DNA of 64,000 nucleotides, taken from positions 18,283 to 82,282 of the forward strand of contig CAYSHM010000013.1 of assembly GCA_964430885.1 (NCBI GenBank), given 5' to 3'. Within the stretch, counting starts at the first letter, position 1. Every line of letters starts with the position of its first letter. The notes beneath the pieces are model-generated. The model did not search any database, was not told the origin of the DNA, and saw nothing but the letters and a program-made list of their open reading frames with translations. Source of the DNA: an uncultured archaeon. Its GTDB lineage: Archaea; Thermoplasmatota; Penumbrarchaeia; JASLWR01. This document shows positions 55,754 through 64,000 of this stretch, in pieces. The translations under genes were made by a program, and so were the position numbers.

Positions 55754-56764
55754 TTGGAGAATAATATGGATGAAGAAAAACACAAGGCCATAGGTCTGCT
55801 TTCCGGCGGATTGGACAGCACCCTGGCTGTTGGAATGATTCTGAATGAGGGAGTTGAGGTAATCGCTCTTAACTTTGTAAGTCCTTTCTGCACCTGTACT
55901 AAAAAAGGCTGCAGACACCAGGCCAGCAAGGTAGCTGATGATTACGGTATTGAGATCAAGGTTGTACCAGTTGGTGTGGATTATATAGAAATGATCAGAA
56001 ATCCGAAACATGGTTACGGTAAGAATTTGAATCCCTGTAAAGACTGCCGGATCTTTATACTGAAAAAAGCCAAAGCCTTAATGGAGGAACTGGGAGCTTC
56101 TTTCATATTTACCGGTGATGTCCTTGGTCAGAGGCCCATGTCCCAGAGAAGGCCAGCCTTAGATCTTATTGAGAAAGAAGCGGGATTGGAAGGCCTGATC
56201 CTACGGCCGCTTTCGGCCAGGCATTTCAAACCAACAATACCGGAAAAGGAAGGCTGGGTGAATCGAGACAACCTACTTGGTTTTATGGGGAGGAATAGAA
56301 AACCCCAGATGAAGCTTGCGGAAGAAATGGATATACGTGATTACGACTGTCCGGCAGGGGGCTGTAGGCTTACCAACAGGGAATTCTCAAACAAGCTTCG
56401 GGATCTATTTGTTCATAATGAAGAGATTACCAATAACGATTTATTGTTTTTACGAATAGGCCGCCATTTCAGGTTTGGCGATTCAAAAATAATAGTTGGT
56501 AGGGATGAAAAAGATAACGATATGATCAATAAAATGAGCTTGCCCGAAGACCATCTTTTTGAAGTACCAGGGGTGGGAAGTCCGATATCACTTTTACGGG
56601 GTGAAGTGGGGCCTGAAGAGCTTGAGATGGCTGCAAGATTAACTGCTAGATATTCAGATTCCGTAGAAAAAGAAGTGAACGTGATCCATAGATACTGTGG
56701 GAAAGAAGAAACATTGAATGTTGTTCCATTGAAAGAAGAAAAAACAGCTCAGTTACATATTTGA
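55754..56764 (+). CDS. Stand-alone ThiI-like PP-loop ATP pyrophosphatase domain protein (no THUMP domain)
   Basis: LLSGGLDSTLAVGMILNEGVEVIALNF, NPCKDCRIFILKKAKALMEELGASFIFTGDVLGQ..LRPL track the ThiI PP-loop domain (SGGIDSPVA...CxxCRR...LVTGESLGQ...LRPL). Confidence 0.7.
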   Translation: MENNMDEEKHKAIGLLSGGLDSTLAVGMILNEGVEVIALNFVSPFCTCTKKGCRHQASKVADDYGIEIKVVPVGVDYIEMIRNPKHGYGKNLNPCKDCRIFILKKAKALMEELGASFIFTGDVLGQRPMSQRRPALDLIEKEAGLEGLILRPLSARHFKPTIPEKEGWVNRDNLLGFMGRNRKPQMKLAEEMDIRDYDCPAGGCRLTNREFSNKLRDLFVHNEEITNNDLLFLRIGRHFRFGDSKIIVGRDEKDNDMINKMSLPEDHLFEVPGVGSPISLLRGEVGPEELEMAARLTARYSDSVEKEVNVIHRYCGKEETLNVVPLKEEKTAQLHI

Positions 56765-56846
56765 TAACAAAATCCCCATAAGGAACAATGATAATTATAC
56801 ATGAGGTCTTTCAGGAATATTCGTCCTGTAGTATAATAAATGAGGT

Positions 56847-58034
56847 TTGGTAATGAAGATAGCAGTTGGTCTTTCAGGCGGTGTTGATTCTTCAGTAGCA
56901 GCTGCGCTGTTAAAGAAGGAAGACCATGAGGTCATTGGAATATGCATGAAGATCTGGGATGATGAGGAATCCCCTAAAGGATGCGGCGACGCTACCGGGT
57001 TCTCTGATGGGGACGGATGCAGTGATGGGACCGGCTGCGGAGATGATCGGATGGATGGAGGAGGGCATGCCTGTTACGGACCGGGAGAGGAGGCGGATAT
57101 TAAAAGAGCCTCGGATATTTGTCAGAAACTCGATATTCCGTTCCATGTATTCGACCTAGGGGATGAATATCAGAGAATTGTCATTGATTATTTCAGGGAC
57201 GAATACTTGGCAGGCCGGACTCCCAATCCATGCCTTAGATGCAATCCCGAAATGAAGTTCAGGTCCCTGGTAGATGAGGCTTTAAGCCAGGGCTTGAAAT
57301 TTGAAAAATTCGCCACGGGACATTACGCCCGGATAGAGTATGTTCCGAATTTTTCAAAGAATGAGGGCCGTTATATATTAAAAAAGGCCTTGGACCCGAC
57401 GAAAGACCAGTCGTACGGCTTGATATTCCTCGACCAGAAACTGCTCGGGAGATCAATATTTCCTTTGGGCAGTATTACAAAGAAGGAGGTTAGGAGGATC
57501 GCCCGCGAACTGGATCTTGAAACACATGATGTCCCTGACAGCCAGGATTTCTATACTGGAGATTATAGCGATCTTATCGGCAAGGACGATATGCCCGGAC
57601 CGATACTTAACGGTTCAGGGGAGCAGATAGGGGTCCATAAGGGTATTTGGCATTATACCATCGGACAGCGTAAAGGTTTGAGATTATCAACTAGGCACCC
57701 CATGTATGTCAAGCGGATCGATGAGAAGAATAATGCGATCATCGTGGGAACCCGAGATGAGATATTTGCAACTGAGTTTATTGCAGGGAATTTGAATCCG
57801 ATTGGCGTAGAGGATCTCACCCTATTAACTGATGTTTTCGTGAAGATAAGGCATGCTCCTTGGGAAGGGAAAGCTGCTATCTCCACAATTAAAGATAATA
57901 AATTAAAGGTAATCTTTGAAGAACCCCAGTGGGCTATTGCCCCGGGACAGGCGGTTGGTTTTTACAAAGGGGATATTGTTCTTGGCGGAGGGATCATAGA
58001 GGAAACTCTCCAAAGGAGTAAAAATAGATATTAA
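56847..58034 (+). CDS. mnmA: tRNA-specific 2-thiouridylase MnmA with a Cys/Gly/Asp-rich N-terminal insertion
   Basis: VGLSGGVDSSVAAALL PP-loop, DA..VC..L...F, C-terminal barrel. ~45-aa low-complexity insert GCGDATGFSDGDGCSDGTGCGDDRMDGGGHAC between the PP-loop and the first catalytic-Cys region. Confidence 0.85.
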   Translation: MVMKIAVGLSGGVDSSVAAALLKKEDHEVIGICMKIWDDEESPKGCGDATGFSDGDGCSDGTGCGDDRMDGGGHACYGPGEEADIKRASDICQKLDIPFHVFDLGDEYQRIVIDYFRDEYLAGRTPNPCLRCNPEMKFRSLVDEALSQGLKFEKFATGHYARIEYVPNFSKNEGRYILKKALDPTKDQSYGLIFLDQKLLGRSIFPLGSITKKEVRRIARELDLETHDVPDSQDFYTGDYSDLIGKDDMPGPILNGSGEQIGVHKGIWHYTIGQRKGLRLSTRHPMYVKRIDEKNNAIIVGTRDEIFATEFIAGNLNPIGVEDLTLLTDVFVKIRHAPWEGKAAISTIKDNKLKVIFEEPQWAIAPGQAVGFYKGDIVLGGGIIEETLQRSKNRY

Positions 58035-58065
58035 GACTATTGAAGATGACTTTTTTCAGATGCAA

Positions 58066-58464
58066 TCATAAAATGTCTTTGCTTCTATCAGATTCCCCGC
58101 TGAAAACGCTGCAGATGTAGCTTTCCGGAAGAGGCTTGCCAACCTGCTCAAGATAAATGCGAGCTAAAATATCTGAATTTTTTATACTTTCGCATATATG
58201 GCACATCTCGATGATCACTGATGAATCATCACCCTTATCGATCCTATCGGCAGATTGCTTGATCATCTCTAAGATATCTTCATCCTTGATGTTCATTTCC
58301 CCGCGTTTTCCGGACAAATACTGTGAGATGGCCGCTTCGGTCATACCCAATTTTTTTGCTGCCTTAGCCTGTGTATAATTATGATCATTGATAAGGTTTC
58401 TTACTATCTCCTTCCTAACTGCTGGAAGAACATACCATATTATTATTTCACAGGGAAGTTTCAT
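58066..58464 (-). CDS. HTH transcriptional regulator with C-terminal Cys motif
   Basis: NYTQAKAAKKLGMTEAAISQYLSGKRG is an XRE-like HTH. C-terminal CHICE..x..C. Confidence 0.6.
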   Translation of the reverse strand: MKLPCEIIIWYVLPAVRKEIVRNLINDHNYTQAKAAKKLGMTEAAISQYLSGKRGEMNIKDEDILEMIKQSADRIDKGDDSSVIIEMCHICESIKNSDILARIYLEQVGKPLPESYICSVFSGESDRSKDIL

Positions 58465-58482
58465 TTGACCACACCTTAAATA

Positions 58483-59721
58483 TTATCTGCATGCACTCAT
58501 ACTCTTCAGCTCTCTCTCCACCCTTATCTTTTCAATACCGAAAGCGAGATCCGAAGCCACCTCCTCAAGAAGGTTGAGCTCCTCAGGGTCCATCCTGTAT
58601 CCCGTTTCAAGGCAGACATTCATAGCACCAATGGTACCTTCCCTGTGTTTCATAGGTACAATAATGCTCTGATGGTCCCTATCATGTCTGCAGCATCCGC
58701 AGTCGCTGCAGTGCTCAGAAGTGTTTTCAATGAGCTTTATACTGCCCTTTTCTATAACTTCAATAATACATGGAGGGGAACTAATACTGACATCTTCCTC
58801 TGAACCATGGTCCTCTTCACACTCATGACCTGAACCATGGTGGCATATGAGCCGGGGTTTGCCGCTATCCAACATAAGGAACATACGGACATCCATATAC
58901 TTTCTGTTCTCGTACAGTATCTCACAGCATTTTTGAAAAAGTTCACCTGGGTTGTCAGTATGGATGATTGCCTGACTGATCTGGAGGATGGAAGTCAATA
59001 ACTGATTGAAATATGACGCCCTAGCCTCAGCTGTCTTCCTGTCCCTTATATCTCTCATGAAGAGGGAAAAACCGATTACTCCTCCCTTATCATCCTTGAT
59101 GGCGTCCATGGTAATACTGATATCCAGGTCCTGGCGCTCCTTTCCCTTTATAACTATCTCCTCACCGCTGACCAAAGTGCCTTCCTTTACCCTGGCGATC
59201 ATTTTTTCCCTGATCTTCTTTTTGGGGAAAATAGAAAGTTCGTCTCCCAGCACCTCTTCTTTTGTGAATCCGGTGAGTTCCTCGGCACTCCGGTTCCAGA
59301 AAAAGGCTTCCCCCTCCTCGTTTATTATTACAACTGCATCTTTTGTCTGCTCGATAACATTTTTGAAGAACTGGGGTGAAGTGGTGAAATCAGACAGTTT
59401 CCTGCTTGTCTTGAACTTTGTCTTTATGGAATGGAAAATATCAATGTTCTCCTCGACATGGGGTCTAAGGAAATATACTTTCCCATACTCTCCGGATCTG
59501 GAGGGACTGATAATCTCATGGTCCTGAAGGACCGAAACATGGTGTTTGATGGTTCTGTAGTTCACACCCATTATTTCAGCCAATTGATTGGTATTGTAGG
59601 GTCTCTCCTCAAGAAGCTGAATGATCCTCACCCTGTTCTGACCGCCTTTTTGCCCCAGTATCAGGAATGACAGGGTCCGTTTCAATGAGAGTGGGTCGTA
59701 CATGGTAACCGAACTCCACAT
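58483..59721 (-). CDS. Winged-HTH + PAS + GAF sensor transcriptional regulator
   Basis: N-terminal ArsR-like wHTH (NRVRIIQLLEERPYNTNQLAEIMGVNYRTIKHHVSVL), PAS (VIINEEGEAFFWNRSAEELTGFTKEEVLG), then GAF-like domain with a Cys-rich insert. Confidence 0.7.
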   Translation of the reverse strand: MWSSVTMYDPLSLKRTLSFLILGQKGGQNRVRIIQLLEERPYNTNQLAEIMGVNYRTIKHHVSVLQDHEIISPSRSGEYGKVYFLRPHVEENIDIFHSIKTKFKTSRKLSDFTTSPQFFKNVIEQTKDAVVIINEEGEAFFWNRSAEELTGFTKEEVLGDELSIFPKKKIREKMIARVKEGTLVSGEEIVIKGKERQDLDISITMDAIKDDKGGVIGFSLFMRDIRDRKTAEARASYFNQLLTSILQISQAIIHTDNPGELFQKCCEILYENRKYMDVRMFLMLDSGKPRLICHHGSGHECEEDHGSEEDVSISSPPCIIEVIEKGSIKLIENTSEHCSDCGCCRHDRDHQSIIVPMKHREGTIGAMNVCLETGYRMDPEELNLLEEVASDLAFGIEKIRVERELKSMSACR

Positions 59722-59930
59722 GGTATTTGTTTTTTTTAAATCTTTTCTTGGTGCTGTTGAAATAAACTATTTTACAAAAAATGAAATTTTTCATTCCTCT
59801 ATTTGTAAGAAAATTGCATATCAATTACACCCCTTCTTGAAGTTATCTTATATACCGCACAACCGTTTAATATTGATGAATATGTTAACAAATTGAAGCG
59901 ATGGTGTTATATTTAACCGAGGTTTTGGCC

Positions 59931-60053
59931 ATGAACAAGAAGGGAGGGATCTATCTCTGCAAGATATGCGGAAACAAAGTGGAGTTGGTTGACTGCGGAG
60001 AGGGTAATCTCGTATGCTGCGGTGAGTGTATGATACTCATCGAGGACGAATGA
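59931..60053 (+). CDS. Desulforedoxin (Dx) small iron-binding protein, 40 aa
   Basis: MNKKGGIYLCKICGNKVELVDCGEGNLVCCGECMILIEDE has the Dx pattern Y-x-C-x-x-CG...LVCCGE. Below the 60-aa cutoff of the ORF track. Confidence 0.7.
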   Translation: MNKKGGIYLCKICGNKVELVDCGEGNLVCCGECMILIEDE

Positions 60054-60117
60054 ATTAATTATTACGGAGTTACTTTCATATGTGTTAAAACTGTAAAAAA
60101 ATTGATAAGGTGATTCA

Positions 60118-60513
60118 ATGAGCGATATAGGAGAATTGTACAAGAGTGCCGACTGGAAAAATGAAAAGCATGTGCCTGCTATAGAGGTTGCCGGGCCCGT
60201 GAAGAAGACCGAGATAGTGACCATAAGCGCTGCTGTGGGCAAGGAGATCGCCCATCCCAATACAACCGGGCATCATATATCCTGGCTGGAGCTGTATTTC
60301 CTCCCGGAGGGAAGCAAGAACCCATACATGCTGAGCCGTTTCGATTTCGTATCCCACGGAGCTTCACCCAGAGGTCCGGATACAAGCGAGGTATATACTG
60401 AGCCTTCTGTTACAGCCAAGGTGAAGCTGGGCGGAAGCGGAAAAGTGATAGCCACGTCCTATTGCAATATCCATGGGCTGTGGACCGGGTCAATGGATCT
60501 GGTTGTGGAATAG
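60118..60513 (+). CDS. sor: Superoxide reductase, neelaredoxin type (1Fe-SOR)
   Basis: KHVPAIEV, AHPNTTGHHISWLELYF, YTEP, SYCNIHGLW are near-identical to characterised archaeal SOR ligand regions (4 His + Cys). Confidence 0.9.
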   Translation: MSDIGELYKSADWKNEKHVPAIEVAGPVKKTEIVTISAAVGKEIAHPNTTGHHISWLELYFLPEGSKNPYMLSRFDFVSHGASPRGPDTSEVYTEPSVTAKVKLGGSGKVIATSYCNIHGLWTGSMDLVVE

Positions 60514-60627
60514 AAAAAAGGAAAGAGGATGTAACTGGGTAATGATCAATTCAAGCAATGCTCCCGTTTTAATCCTCTTTATTATTTTATGGTTATATTC
60601 TATGGTAATATCTTATGGTGATGAATT

Positions 60628-61986
60628 ATGCTTTTCAAAAGAATCGAATCAGAGGGTCTGGCGCATTATTCCTACATCTTCGGACACAACGGAAAGGCTG
60701 CTGTTATCGACCCCAGGCTTGACTGCGGCATATATCTCGAAATGGCCGTGGGTAACGGTTACCGTATAAATCATATCTTCGAGACACATCGGAACGAGGA
60801 TTATCTATCCGGCTCGGCAGAGCTGGCTCGGCGTTCAGGTGCCGAGGTATGGCATGCCGATTCCCAGTTGGACTATGATTACGGTACTTCTGTAAAAGAC
60901 GGAGATGTGTGGAAGATCGGCGGCTTGACCCTTACCGCCCTTCACACGCCGGGACATACCGAAGGCAGTATGAGCTATCTTTTAAGGGATCCTGATGGAA
61001 ATCCCTGGATAGTGTTTACAGGCGACCTGATCTTTGCAGGGGATGTTGGAAGGACTGATTTTCTGGGGAAGGAAAACCTAGAGAGAATGGCCGGCCTTCA
61101 GTACGATTCCATATATGAAAAGATACTGCCTCTGGGCGATGGTGTGATTATGTGCGCTGCCCACGGTGCGGGTTCGGTCTGCGGCGGGGATATTGCTCAG
61201 AGAACCTATACAACTGTTGGTATGGAGCGGGAATACAACCCTCATCTACAATATGATGACCGTAACTCTTTTATCAAGAATACTGCCAAGATCATGGAAT
61301 ACGCGCCCTATTTCAAGGCCATGGAGAAGGAGAACCTTGAGGGCCGTATAATGGGGGGAAGAATGCCGATTCCCATGCCGCTGTCGGCCAAGGAGGTCCA
61401 TCGAATGTCCCAGAACTGCTATGTTCTGGATACACGGGATTACAATGCCTTTGCTTCAGCTCATGTACCCGGTGCTATATCCATCTGGGCGGAGGGCGTT
61501 CCAAGCTTTACAGGCTGGTTCATACCGACAGAAAAACCTATCATTCTTGTGAATGACAGCGACAATCCCAAACCAATCGTCCGCAAACTTATACGGATAG
61601 GTTTCCACAACCTGGCAGGTTATCTTTCAGGAGGGATGCTCAAATGGCATATGGCCGGATTGAAGAGCGCATCTGTAGAAACCGTCAGCGTTCAGGAGCT
61701 ATGCGGGATACTTGATGCAGGCGTAGAAACCTGGATACTTGATGTCAGAAGCGAAAAGGAGCAGCACAGGGGCCGTAGGATCCCCAATGCCCACAATATT
61801 CCTGTGACACATATCATTGAAAATATGGACAATATACCCGAGGATAAGACTGTGTTCATATTCTGCGGGTCAGGTCTCAGAGCAATGACCGCCGCTAGTC
61901 TAATGAAGAGAGAAGAACGAAACAATGTGGTTGTAATTCTTGGCGGCATGTCCGGTTGGAGTTCAGTGACCTGTGAACTTGAGTAG
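60628..61986 (+). CDS. Metallo-beta-lactamase-fold (persulfide-dioxygenase-like) protein fused to two rhodanese domains
   Basis: HRNEDYLSGS / HTPGHTEGS MBL motifs. Two rhodanese modules, the second with active-site loop CGSGLRA. Confidence 0.8.
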   Translation: MLFKRIESEGLAHYSYIFGHNGKAAVIDPRLDCGIYLEMAVGNGYRINHIFETHRNEDYLSGSAELARRSGAEVWHADSQLDYDYGTSVKDGDVWKIGGLTLTALHTPGHTEGSMSYLLRDPDGNPWIVFTGDLIFAGDVGRTDFLGKENLERMAGLQYDSIYEKILPLGDGVIMCAAHGAGSVCGGDIAQRTYTTVGMEREYNPHLQYDDRNSFIKNTAKIMEYAPYFKAMEKENLEGRIMGGRMPIPMPLSAKEVHRMSQNCYVLDTRDYNAFASAHVPGAISIWAEGVPSFTGWFIPTEKPIILVNDSDNPKPIVRKLIRIGFHNLAGYLSGGMLKWHMAGLKSASVETVSVQELCGILDAGVETWILDVRSEKEQHRGRRIPNAHNIPVTHIIENMDNIPEDKTVFIFCGSGLRAMTAASLMKREERNNVVVILGGMSGWSSVTCELE

Positions 61987-62009
61987 ATAGATAGATAGAT
62001 AGATAGTAA
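61984..62009 (+). repeat. (TAGA)n tetranucleotide microsatellite starting at the stop codon
   Basis: TAGATAGATAGATAGATAGATAGTAA. Six TAG triplets falling in all three frames, then TAA. Confidence 0.9.
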
Positions 62010-62048
62010 TTTTATCAACCAATCTTAAAGTAATTATAATATTACAGA

Positions 62049-62540
62049 GTGATCAAAATGGAAAAGAATAAGGAAACTTTGAAAATAGGCGATCCGGCAC
62101 CGGATTTCTGCCTATCTTCCAGTACCGGCGATGAAGTTTGCTTAAAAGACCTGAAAGGTAAATGGGTAGTACTATATTTCTATCCCAAGGATAATACTCC
62201 CGGATGCACAAAGGAGTCCAAGGAATTCTCTAATAACCTGGAAAAGATCAAAAAAATGGGTTCAGAGGTTTTCGGTATCAGCAAGGATTCAATAAAGAGC
62301 CACTGCAAATTCGCTGAGAAACACTCGCTCATGGTACCTCTTTTATCCGATCTGGAGGTCTCCATGATAAAGGATTACAAGGTCTGGAAACCCAAGAAGA
62401 TGTTCGGCAAGGAATTCTTGGGTGTGGTGAGAGCCACCTACATTATCGGTCCTGATGGTAAGATAGCCCATGTGTGGCCCAAGGTAAAGGTAACAGGTCA
62501 TGTTGAGGATGTAATGGCCAAGCTTCGTGAATTGATGTGA
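62049..62540 (+). CDS. bcp: Peroxiredoxin, Bcp-type (AhpC/TSA family)
   Basis: YFYPKDNTPGCTKE peroxidatic-Cys motif, thioredoxin fold length. Confidence 0.9.
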   Translation: MIKMEKNKETLKIGDPAPDFCLSSSTGDEVCLKDLKGKWVVLYFYPKDNTPGCTKESKEFSNNLEKIKKMGSEVFGISKDSIKSHCKFAEKHSLMVPLLSDLEVSMIKDYKVWKPKKMFGKEFLGVVRATYIIGPDGKIAHVWPKVKVTGHVEDVMAKLRELM

Positions 62541-63181
62541 GTACAGAGCTTGCGGAATCTGAAAATCTCAATCTAAAGGTGCCTATTATGGAATTGCAGT
62601 CTGTTATCGAAAAAAGAAGAGCTTCTCGGGCTCTGAAAGGCGTAGAGATATTTGACGAAATTGTAGATGAATTGAAAAAAGCTTCCAGCCTGGCCCCTTC
62701 ATGCTTTAACAATCAGCCTTGGCATTTCATATTTGTAAGACAGGAGGAAAAATTGAACCGTGTTATATCAGCACTGTCAAGGGGAAACGCCTGGGCGGGA
62801 AATGCTAGCATGATAGTGGCAGTGGTTTCCAAAAAGGAGGATGACTGCATACTCGGAACCAGAGAATATTTCCTGTTCGATACGGGTATGGCTGCTGCAT
62901 TTATGATACTTCGTGCAATCGAACTTGGTCTTGTGGCCCATCCTATTGCAGGCTACTCACCGGAGAAAGTAAAAGGAATATTGAAAATTCCTGAAGAAAT
63001 GACCCTCATCGCTCTATTGGTGGTCGGGGAGCATGATGAGGAATACTTGAACCCATCAGGTTCGGAAACGCTTCTATCTGAGAAGCAGCTAAAGGCCGAG
63101 AGCGATAGGCCTGAAAGAAAACCCTTCAATGAAAACTACCATATGGATGCCTATACGGAAAAGAGGCCCGAAAAGCAGTAA
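62537..63181 (+). CDS. Nitroreductase-family protein
   Basis: RRASRA, SCFNNQPWHF, GMAAAFMILRAIELGL match the NADH oxidase/nitroreductase fold. 4-nt overlap with bcp. Confidence 0.8.
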   Translation: MSTELAESENLNLKVPIMELQSVIEKRRASRALKGVEIFDEIVDELKKASSLAPSCFNNQPWHFIFVRQEEKLNRVISALSRGNAWAGNASMIVAVVSKKEDDCILGTREYFLFDTGMAAAFMILRAIELGLVAHPIAGYSPEKVKGILKIPEEMTLIALLVVGEHDEEYLNPSGSETLLSEKQLKAESDRPERKPFNENYHMDAYTEKRPEKQ

Positions 63182-63269
63182 ATGAGAAGGAAATTTGTAT
63201 AAAATATGGCGCCGTTAAACAATTGCTGACCAATTATTATCATATATTCAAGACAGGTTGTGTTTAATC

Positions 63270-64000
63270 ATGAGAACAATAAGAGGTATAATAACTTTCA
63301 CAATGACTGCCCTTTTGATCATCGGCAGTATGCTGATCTTCACCGGGGTGAGCGCCCACGGCCCCCAGTCAATGAGCATCGCATATGATCTGGAAAACGG
63401 GAATCTGACAGTAAATATAAGCCATATAGTGGTCAATCCGACCCTGCATTATATCGAGAAGGTCGATGTTGATATAAATGATATCAATGTGCTTAGCCAG
63501 GATTATCCATCACAGCCCAGCAATGATGCTTTTAGCTATTATTATGATGTTGCCGCCAATCCGGGGGATGTGATCAATGTCACCGCCACCTGCAGTGTGG
63601 GTGGCTCAGCCAAGGAAACCCTTAAGGTTCCATCAGATACCCCTGAGGAAGATTCAACCCCCCCGGATGTAAAGATAAGCGCCCCCAGTGAAGGTGCAGT
63701 GCTCACCTCGAATTCTCTTGAAGTACGAGGTTCAGCCACAGATAATGTTGAGGTATCACTTGTAGAAGCCCAGGTTAACGGCGGTATATGGCATACATGC
63801 GATGGTCTTCCATTTTGGACTGTGGATGTCACACTTCAGGAAGGGGCCAACGTTATTGAGGTCCGCGCTACTGATTCCACCGGGAACTGGGCAGTAGACT
63901 ATGTTAATGTGACCTACGACAATGACGGCGGACAGCAATCGGACGACGATGAACCTGATCCAGGTAATTCAGATGATGACAGCGATTCCGACGGGCCGGG
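63270..64000 (+). CDS. Secreted protein (partial, continues past window end) with possible SOR-like His motif and Ig-like domain
   Basis: Signal anchor MRTIRGIITFTMTALLIIGSMLIFTGVSA. H..SIAYDLENGNLTVNISH..NPTLHYIEKV echoes the H..H..HYIE pattern of SOR. Followed by beta-rich domain and acidic tail. No in-window stop. Confidence 0.45.
   Translation, partial: MRTIRGIITFTMTALLIIGSMLIFTGVSAHGPQSMSIAYDLENGNLTVNISHIVVNPTLHYIEKVDVDINDINVLSQDYPSQPSNDAFSYYYDVAANPGDVINVTATCSVGGSAKETLKVPSDTPEEDSTPPDVKISAPSEGAVLTSNSLEVRGSATDNVEVSLVEAQVNGGIWHTCDGLPFWTVDVTLQEGANVIEVRATDSTGNWAVDYVNVTYDNDGGQQSDDDEPDPGNSDDDSDSDGP

Noticed and set aside
61984-62009. Short tandem repeat considered as possible CRISPR-like array
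   Set aside because: 4-nt period with no spacers. It is a simple microsatellite, and no CRISPR repeats or cas genes are present anywhere in the window.

Overview
This 64 kb window is most likely from an anaerobic archaeon, apparently Thermoplasmata-like: it encodes proteasome alpha, SBDS and exosome Rrp4 in the conserved superoperon order, archaeal-type ProRS, ArgRS and LeuRS, Dpo4, Thi4 and NikR, with overall GC near 48%. Housekeeping genes lie on the plus strand at 1.6-11.3 kb and are mixed with redox genes at 45-63 kb. Three regions are more unusual. (1) At 11.4-18.9 kb two adjacent signal-peptide proteins carry paralogous N-terminal CXXCH haem-c motifs. One is fused to four FN3 repeats and the other to a 5-TM domain with bis-haem-b histidine spacing. 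They are followed by a minimal 148-aa WWD (CcsA/CcmC-like) protein, a tocopherol-cyclase-like gene, a triple-rubredoxin/glutamate-synthase-domain fusion and rubrerythrin. (2) From 21.3 to 45.2 kb a roughly 24 kb block lies entirely on the minus strand and encodes accessory envelope and export genes. It holds an 8-gene operon: two tandemly duplicated 720-aa secreted proteins, two paralogous membrane proteins bracketing an 80-aa XRE HTH, and a 1239-aa double-FtsX permease between two different ABC ATPases. It also holds an AT-rich cluster of small proteins sharing a shuffled C-terminal zinc ribbon, a YbjQ gene, and a radical-SAM/SPASM gene co-oriented with a second double-FtsX ABC transporter and a PadR/DUF1700/DUF4097 envelope-stress triad. 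An 840-aa PKD-like secreted protein in the block shares an 'NWSHG' ectodomain module with the permease. (3) At 58-63 kb an HTH-PAS-GAF regulator lies next to a split desulfoferrodoxin, made of a 40-aa desulforedoxin ORF absent from the ORF track plus a neelaredoxin-type SOR, followed by an MBL-rhodanese fusion, Bcp peroxiredoxin and nitroreductase. One tRNA-Phe(GAA) is present. No CRISPR, rRNA, integrase or transposase was found.
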